From: Candidatus Thorarchaeota archaeon
GTDB lineage: Archaea > Asgardarchaeota > Thorarchaeia > Thorarchaeales > Thorarchaeaceae
NCBI GenBank assembly: GCA_003345555.1
Contig: PRDJ01000025.1
Location: 1 to 12,144, forward strand
Direction: 5' to 3'
Length of the DNA: 12,144 nt
Translations under genes and position numbers: made by a program
The notes under the pieces: generated by a model
The model's database searches: none
Told to the model about the DNA's origin: nothing
Seen by the model: the letters and a program-made list of their open reading frames with translations, nothing else
Part shown: positions 6,707 through 12,144 of the stretch, piece by piece
How positions within the stretch are numbered: the stretch's first letter is position 1
How the letters are laid out: each line of letters starts with the position of its first letter

Positions 6707-8230
6707 ATGAACGTGGATGCAACGAGAACGAGGAGGCTAGCCAACATCGCAGTTGTGCTCAGCTTCTTGACCTTCATGGTGTTCAGTCTTGTACTGGACA
6801 TAAGTGGTCTGGCTTGGATTAGCCTTGGTGATGACGTCTTTCATTTCTGGGCTGTAATCTTGACTGGACTCACAATGGCTGTGTCCGGAGCAACTCTAAC
6901 GGACTCACTGTTGTACTACAGTCAGCTGAAAAACGTGCGACGTTTGGTCATTCTCTTCATGGCAGCAGATGCCCTAATTCTGGCGATGCTGTATATCCTG
7001 AGCCATCCTTCGAGCGTCGGTTGGTCTCCGATATTCGCAGACCGAGCACGTAACAGAACGATTACAACCACGTTCGGACTGGCATTAGCGCCTGGAGCAC
7101 TTCTCAGTTCCTTCGCTGGCAATGCTGCTGCGACTCGGAGAAACACAGTTCTATACAGTCTCTGGGGCGGACTCTTCATCCCGGTCTTCGGTCTCCTGTG
7201 TTTCTTCAGTCCCAGCCCCTTGCTAGTACTTACTTCACCTGAAGGAGGACTCGGGGGATTGACTATTGCGGGATGGGCTGTTGCCATTCTGGCGCCTCTC
7301 TTTATCGTTATTGCTTTTGTCAGACTGGTCGCGGAATACAGGCAATCGAGAGACCTCGTTGTCTTAGCATTCGCGCTGGCACTGTTGCTTTGGGCGACAG
7401 CTAGTCTGAATCTGAGTGTCCTCTGGAATCCTGATCAGGTAGCCGAAATACTCTACATGACAGATGCCATGGCAGGCATGACCTTGATAGGGATGGCCAT
7501 GGTAATGGACGCAATCGTTGAGCCCTTCAGGACACTTGAGACAGTTATCCACAAGCGGACGCAGGAGCTCGAAGATTCCAAGAGCGAGACCGAGTTCTTT
7601 CTCTCGGCTTGGACGCACAAGGTGGGCAACATGCTTCAGGGCATAACAACTTACTTGGACCTTGTTGGATATGCAACGACGAAGGGAGAGAGCATGGTGA
7701 GCTCTCAGAAAGAGGCAGCTCAGCTGAATTGGGAAGCAAAGATATTCAACCGCCAAGTGGCGTGGTTATCACAGGTCAAGTCGTCCTCCAAATCCACTCT
7801 CGTGCCTGTTAGCCTCGATCTTGCGATATCCAAAGCAGCCAGCTCGATCATGGAGTTGGCAGAAACCCGGAACATTCTCATTACTCCAAGTGACGAGGAG
7901 GTCAAGGTCCTAGCCGATGAAAATCTGGACCTCCTCTTTGCAGGTCTGTTCTCTCACTGCGTGCTTCCACCGAGGACTCACACTGCGAGTGTCGCTGTGA
8001 AGTACACCCGGGAAAAAGACAGCATCGCTGTTGAACTCAACGTCAAGACCGGCGCATCGGCAAGGGAGATGGCTGAGTTCCTTCGGAGCAGGAGCCTGCC
8101 TACTATTAGTAAGCTGGACTTGGACATGTACATGACACGGTTGCTGCTCAATCGATATGGTGTATTAGTTGAGAGCCGAGGCGGAAATGATCAATCGCTT
8201 GTTCTCAGATTCATGCCCTCAACCAAGTGA
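6707..8230 (+). CDS. Multi-pass membrane sensor (~8 TM, possibly MASE3-like) with a HisKA-like helix and a degenerate HATPase_c domain (histidine pseudokinase)
   Basis: About eight hydrophobic segments lie in the first ~275 aa. They are followed by a coiled linker (LETVIHKRTQELEDSK), an H-box-like FFLSAWTHKVGNMLQGITTYLDL, and VKVLADENLDLLF and YMTRLLLNRYG segments typical of archaeal kinase ATP-binding domains. The N, G1 and G2 boxes are lost. TTG 6695 is an alternative start. Confidence 0.75.
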   Translation: MNVDATRTRRLANIAVVLSFLTFMVFSLVLDISGLAWISLGDDVFHFWAVILTGLTMAVSGATLTDSLLYYSQLKNVRRLVILFMAADALILAMLYILSHPSSVGWSPIFADRARNRTITTTFGLALAPGALLSSFAGNAAATRRNTVLYSLWGGLFIPVFGLLCFFSPSPLLVLTSPEGGLGGLTIAGWAVAILAPLFIVIAFVRLVAEYRQSRDLVVLAFALALLLWATASLNLSVLWNPDQVAEILYMTDAMAGMTLIGMAMVMDAIVEPFRTLETVIHKRTQELEDSKSETEFFLSAWTHKVGNMLQGITTYLDLVGYATTKGESMVSSQKEAAQLNWEAKIFNRQVAWLSQVKSSSKSTLVPVSLDLAISKAASSIMELAETRNILITPSDEEVKVLADENLDLLFAGLFSHCVLPPRTHTASVAVKYTREKDSIAVELNVKTGASAREMAEFLRSRSLPTISKLDLDMYMTRLLLNRYGVLVESRGGNDQSLVLRFMPSTK

Positions 8231-8351
8231 CTATCTTACCTCGTTTTCGGTAATCGTCTCATCAATCCTCATTGGTCGTTCCCTGCGGTGCGATATCCGG
8301 TACAAACCCTAAAAGCGTACATATCTAATGTTTTGCATAGCACGAGAGGGC

Positions 8352-9227
8352 ATGAGATTGCGTAGCGTAGAGATAATTACAACAAAGAGCCCATACTCCG
8401 GAGGAGAATCGGTTGAAGGCCTAGTCATTGTCAGATGCAGCAGGGATTTCAAGTACAATGCAATCCATCTGACATTCGCTGGTCGAGAGCGAACAGAGAT
8501 TGTAGTCAGCGCCGGCGAGTATTCGACCACCTACAAAGATGAACGAGTGTACTTCACGACTAGGCAGCGTTTCGGCGGCGAAGGCGTCATTCCAGCCGGA
8601 GAAACTCGTTTCCCTTTTGCTTTCACTCTGCCAGAGAACATCCTCAGCAGCTATTCGGGCAAATGCGGATGGGTTGAGTACACGCTGAGGGCAGTTGTCG
8701 AAATCTCAAAGGCCATCGATCTCAAGAAGCAGATTGCGATTCGAGTGAAACAACCGACGAAGGAAGCTACATCTCAATCACAAACCGAGTCAGTAGAAAG
8801 AGATGGTCGCTCCATACTCGACGCAGAGATTCATGACGATTGCGTGTGTTTGGGTGATCCTGTCATTGTTAGATTCAGGGTATCCGAGGACCTGAAGATG
8901 CGGGGAATTCGTGTAGAGCTGAGGACAGAAGAGGATGCTATTGCGAAACGGCAGAAGAGCACGAAGACACGGACTCTTGTCAGCCTCGCCATTCCGCAAA
9001 GCGAGCTTGCGAGAGACCTCTGGACAGAACTGGAACTCAAGACCAACGATTCGATGCCATTAAGCTTCGAAGGACAGATTGTAAGTAACAGGTCATCTGT
9101 GAAATTGACGCTCGACATTCCCTGGGCACGAGACAAGTGGATTGTCATGCCTGTTAAACTGGGATACTATGCACCCCTTTCTGAAAGGGATACGACGACA
9201 TCAGATTTCCAATGGAGACTCAAGTGA
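8352..9227 (+). CDS. Arrestin-fold protein (Arrestin_N plus Arrestin_C-like tandem beta-sandwiches; arrestin/Vps26 clan)
   Basis: The N-domain pattern YSGGESVEGLVIV...IHLTFAGRERT...IPAGETRFPFAFTLPENILSSYSGKCGWVEYTLRAVVEISKAIDLK matches the alpha-arrestin pattern. A second beta-rich domain LGDPVIVRF...GIRVEL...MPLSFEGQIV...KLTLDIPWARD repeats the same fold pattern. ATG 8328 and TTG 8358 are alternative starts. Confidence 0.82.
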   Translation: MRLRSVEIITTKSPYSGGESVEGLVIVRCSRDFKYNAIHLTFAGRERTEIVVSAGEYSTTYKDERVYFTTRQRFGGEGVIPAGETRFPFAFTLPENILSSYSGKCGWVEYTLRAVVEISKAIDLKKQIAIRVKQPTKEATSQSQTESVERDGRSILDAEIHDDCVCLGDPVIVRFRVSEDLKMRGIRVELRTEEDAIAKRQKSTKTRTLVSLAIPQSELARDLWTELELKTNDSMPLSFEGQIVSNRSSVKLTLDIPWARDKWIVMPVKLGYYAPLSERDTTTSDFQWRLK

Positions 9228-9307
9228 CTGGGAAAACACTCACCGGGGTCGTCCAAAACTGAGGTCGTGGTTGGAAGGTTGCTCGTGGCTTCTTTCTGCG
9301 GGCGTCG

Positions 9308-10450
9308 CTAAGAGACTTGTTTTTCTTTCTCAATCTCGCGGATGCGTTTCTCCCGAGCGGCTTCAGCGTTCTTGATACGTTTTTTCTGATCCTCAATACG
9401 TTTCTCGGCATCGTCCACTTCCTTGTCTCTTCGGCTCTTTGCCTTGCGGTATTCCTTGTCAGCACCGCTCCACTCGTCCTTGGCGCGTCGGAGGTCATCG
9501 TCGAGATTCTCGGCCCGCGTCTTCTTGGCCTCTGCAACTGCACGATATCGCTCGACTTCGTCATCTAGAGTTGAACGGGTGGTCTCCATTTCTGTTTCGA
9601 GTTGGTGCAACTGCTGGCCGAAATGCGCCAGGTCGGATTCAATCTCCCTGATCCTACTATCGTCAGGGTATTTCGAACGGGAAATGGGTGTCTCAATCTG
9701 AGCCGGACGCATCGGTGGCCGCTGTATTGGTGCCGCCGCTGGACCTACGGTTGGAGAGACGCGAGGTACTACTTCTGGAGCGTTTCTTACCGAGGGCTTG
9801 CTCAGACCCGGAGGTTCGGCCTCGCTACCGGAGGACTCACTTCTGCGGATGGCAGGTCCCACAGCGGGAGAGACACCAGAGAGAGGCCTTTGCGCCATGC
9901 TTGGCCCCGAATCTCCCACCTTTGCGCCCCCAGGTCTTGATCCAATCGGGATGGTTGTTTGTTCAGTCTGTCTAACCGTCTTGGCCGAAGGCGTCACCGG
10001 AGGTTCTGCAGACTGCGGCACCCTCGGCGGAGCAGATGCTGGCAACTCAGGAGCGGCAGATACTTTCGCCATTAGCTCCTTCACCTCACTTGCTCTCATC
10101 ATGCGGCTCTCAACATCAGATTTGTCCGCTACAGCGAATGCTTCTCGGGCCTTCTCAAGTTCCGTCTTTTCTGTATGACGTTGGCCTGTTCTCAGGCGGT
10201 CTCGCTCGACCGAACTGGGACGTACCCACTTGTCTCCGGTTGATACGCTCGGCTTCTCTGGCGGCGCAGGGCCATTAGTGGTGTGGGATTTCTGTGCAAG
10301 AGGATGACCGACGGCAGTCCTAGTCTCTGGAGCTGGAGCAGGCGCCATCTGCTTGGGCGCCTCGGTCTTCATGAGCAAAGAGGACCCACAACGGATACAG
10401 AACTTGCGCGTAGGCTGATTGACCTTGCCACACTTGGCACAAGTTATCAA
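9308..10450 (-). CDS. Zinc-ribbon / Pro-rich disordered linker / C-terminal coiled-coil protein, function unknown
   Basis: The N-terminus is CAKCGKVNQPTRKFCIRCG (CxxC-x10-CxxC), followed by a P/A/S-rich middle and ~118 aa of charged heptad-like sequence (9308-9664). The SD-like GGAGTGAT (10464-10457) favours TTG 10450 (MITCAKC) or TTG 10456; the ORF track starts at ATG 10495. Confidence 0.8.
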   Translation of the reverse strand: MITCAKCGKVNQPTRKFCIRCGSSLLMKTEAPKQMAPAPAPETRTAVGHPLAQKSHTTNGPAPPEKPSVSTGDKWVRPSSVERDRLRTGQRHTEKTELEKAREAFAVADKSDVESRMMRASEVKELMAKVSAAPELPASAPPRVPQSAEPPVTPSAKTVRQTEQTTIPIGSRPGGAKVGDSGPSMAQRPLSGVSPAVGPAIRRSESSGSEAEPPGLSKPSVRNAPEVVPRVSPTVGPAAAPIQRPPMRPAQIETPISRSKYPDDSRIREIESDLAHFGQQLHQLETEMETTRSTLDDEVERYRAVAEAKKTRAENLDDDLRRAKDEWSGADKEYRKAKSRRDKEVDDAEKRIEDQKKRIKNAEAAREKRIREIEKEKQVS

Positions 10451-10592
10451 TGGCAAATCACTCCAGGAATTGTGGAACTGTGTATTAATGCTCATAATTG
10501 CTCATATGCCTTTGGCTCCTCTCTGCGCAGAAATCCCGCATTTACGACAAGAGAAGACTTGGTATAAGGAATCAAAGGCGCGTCGGATGCAC

Positions 10593-11813
10593 TTACGGTT
10601 CTGACTCTGAGGAAGACGGCACAGCTTTGCCCTGTTCTTCTATGTGCGTAGCCGACAGAACAGCTGTAGCCAACGCCTGAAGAGTGACGACAGACAGAAA
10701 TATTGTAATGAACGGAGCATTGAAATCGAGAAACATTCCAAACATGGCTCCACTGATCAGGAACCCAATACCATATGCCGTGTTGAAAATGCCATAAGCT
10801 CTTCCTCTGGACTGGATTGGGGCGAACTTCACGACCGCAGCACGGTAAGTCGATTCCTGCATGCCAAGCACTAATCCAAAGAAGACTGCGGAGTAAATGA
10901 TGAACTCCAAACTGACAGCAAGAGACAGATACAGAGCAGGGATTATTGACAGAATGAACGGTATGGCCATGAGCCTCACTCCGTACCTATCGAACGCGTA
11001 TCCCGCTACAGGAGCGACGACGGCATCCGCACCCTGGATTATGACAAAGACAATCGGCACAAACCACTCCAGGTTCTCTGGCTGGAGCAGAACCGAGGCT
11101 CGGAACAGAATAAGTGCAGCCGGAATGAGACCAATCGTGTTCAGAAACACTGCGAAAGTATACACATAGAAGGGCCTTCGAAGCTTTGTATGCTCTTGGT
11201 CGACTGCCTCAGTTCTTCTTACTCCGACAACGCCCACCTTCCTCCTTGTTATGCCTAGTGCAAGGACAAGTAGGAGAAAAGGCAAGAATAGAAAGAGAAA
11301 GCTCACTTGGTAGTTATTCAGAGTATAGAACATCAAGCCCGCCACGAGAAGGGGTCCTACGACTGCACCCACTTGGTCTAGCAGCTCATGCAACCCGAAT
11401 GCTCTGCCTGCGCCGACACCTTTGCTTACAATAGACAGGACAGCATCCCTTGAAGGCGCCCTGAGTCCCTTGCCAAGTCTTTCAAGTAGCACGAAGACGA
11501 CTGCGATCTCCCAGGTCCATGCAAAACCCAGAAGCGGAATAGCCACGATCAGTCCGTACCCAAGAAATATGAAGGACCAATATGCCCGTGTCCTGTCAGC
11601 AGCCTCTCCGCTGCCCAGTCTAATGACATAACCCAGAAACTCGCCGAGTCCACTAGCGACACCCACAACAAACGCGCTCGCACCCAAATAATACAAATAA
11701 TCCGGTACCAGCCCGCGAGCACCCTCGTAGACCGTATCACCCATCATGCTCACGAAACCTAGAAGGATGATACTAGTGTAGGCTGCCCTTGAGCTGATGT
11801 GTCCTTTCTCCAT
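10593..11813 (-). CDS. Major facilitator superfamily (MFS) transporter, substrate unknown
   Basis: There are about 12 hydrophobic segments in two halves. Motif A-like sequences are SGEAADRT and AGYAFDRYG, and family motifs include GDTVYEGARG, ERLGKGLRAPSRD, GRAFGLHELLDQVGAVVGP and RGRAYGIFN. ATG 11813 is preferred; ATG 11846 is an alternative. Confidence 0.92.
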   Translation of the reverse strand: MEKGHISSRAAYTSIILLGFVSMMGDTVYEGARGLVPDYLYYLGASAFVVGVASGLGEFLGYVIRLGSGEAADRTRAYWSFIFLGYGLIVAIPLLGFAWTWEIAVVFVLLERLGKGLRAPSRDAVLSIVSKGVGAGRAFGLHELLDQVGAVVGPLLVAGLMFYTLNNYQVSFLFLFLPFLLLVLALGITRRKVGVVGVRRTEAVDQEHTKLRRPFYVYTFAVFLNTIGLIPAALILFRASVLLQPENLEWFVPIVFVIIQGADAVVAPVAGYAFDRYGVRLMAIPFILSIIPALYLSLAVSLEFIIYSAVFFGLVLGMQESTYRAAVVKFAPIQSRGRAYGIFNTAYGIGFLISGAMFGMFLDFNAPFITIFLSVVTLQALATAVLSATHIEEQGKAVPSSSESEP

Positions 11814-11842
11814 ACAAACGCGAGGCCAGCTAAATGCCTTGT

Positions 11843-11857
11843 TCATATATTTGTATA
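11843..11857 (-). promoter_or_regulatory. AT-rich TATA-like element upstream of the MFS gene
   Basis: The minus strand reads TATACAAATATATGA about 30-45 nt upstream of ATG 11813, the most AT-rich patch in this intergenic region. Confidence 0.35.
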
Positions 11858-12069
11858 GGCATGACTACTCTCGGCAGCATACCACAAGCTGAACATCGCT
11901 TTGCTCCCTTCTGACACCAAACGGTGACCAATGCGACCTGCTGCGAATCGCGAACGACGTATTCGAATCATGTCGATTGCGTTCACGGATTTGGCGGAAC
12001 CGTTATTACCCCGGAGACTGGCCGCCGATGGATAGTCGACTCCTTGAGTGCAGTGTTAGAGGTGTTTAC

Positions 12070-12144
12070 TTGGCATTCTTACAGAAGAACAAATTCTTTG
12101 TCTGTGCAGTAGCAGCCACAATAGTTCTGACTGGAATGACTTTC
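12070..12144 (+). CDS. N-terminus of a probable exported or membrane-anchored protein, 3'-truncated by the window edge
   Basis: SD GAGGTG at 12059-12064 lies 5 nt before TTG. The frame is open to the window end and reads MAFLQKNKFFVCAVAATIVLTGMTF, a basic n-region plus hydrophobic h-region. It is absent from the ORF track, presumably because it has no stop within the window. Confidence 0.55.
   Translation, partial: MAFLQKNKFFVCAVAATIVLTGMTF

Noticed and set aside
8236-8253. TTACC/GGTAA hairpin after the sensor gene as a terminator
   Set aside because: It has only 5 bp, is AT-rich and has no downstream T-tract, so it is within chance expectation.
9195-9227. Arrestin C-terminus SDFQWRLK resembles the beta-arrestin tail EDFARQRLK (AP2-binding region)
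   Set aside because: The upstream Phe of the DxxFxxFxxxR motif is missing and the F-to-R spacing is one residue short, so this is most likely coincidence.
9220-10278. Cluster of overlapping 70-126 aa ORFs on both strands
   Set aside because: They are alternative-frame and antisense shadows of the low-complexity and coiled-coil gene, whose biased codons suppress stops.
11924-12112. 62-aa plus-strand ORF with scattered Cys/His residues
   Set aside because: It has no SD or family motif and overlaps the better-supported start at 12070 in another frame.
12079-12144. Minus-strand frame ESHSSQNYCGCYCTDKEFVLL* resembles the QueH C-terminal QxYCGC motif
   Set aside because: The flanking residues do not fit the pattern I recall. 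The plus-strand frame with an SD and signal-peptide character explains the region better. The adjacent sequence would settle it.
1-12144. CRISPR array, tRNA/rRNA, IS element or prophage
   Set aside because: I saw no regularly spaced direct repeats, cloverleaf or rRNA-like segments, or transposase, integrase or viral motifs. Nearly all of the sequence is explained by protein-coding genes.

Overview
The window is a gene-dense chromosomal segment, probably archaeal and most likely Asgard (Thorarchaeota-like). That assignment is an inference from an arrestin-fold protein, a zinc-ribbon/low-complexity/coiled-coil protein, an archaeal-style histidine-kinase-like protein, and GGAGG/GAGGTG Shine-Dalgarno (SD) motifs before TTG/GTG starts. 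From left to right it contains: (1) a translationally coupled module of a 5'-truncated FAD-linked oxidoreductase, a 2x[4Fe-4S]+2xCCG protein and a second FAD-linked oxidoreductase; (2) an iron-sulfur flavoprotein (Isf-like, - strand) divergent from an M20 ArgE/DapE-family amidohydrolase; (3) a short-chain dehydrogenase/reductase (SDR); (4) an ~8-TM sensor whose histidine kinase module looks catalytically dead; (5) a two-domain arrestin-fold protein; (6) a convergent zinc-ribbon/Pro-rich/coiled-coil protein; (7) an MFS transporter (- strand); and (8) the first 25 codons of a probable exported or membrane-anchored protein. The most interesting candidate system is the pseudokinase multi-pass receptor next to the arrestin-fold protein. 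The flavoprotein-CCG module lacking the GlcD catalytic motif and several structured intergenic elements also merit follow-up. I found no rRNA, tRNA, CRISPR array or transposase. All family calls come from motif recognition by eye, not database searches.
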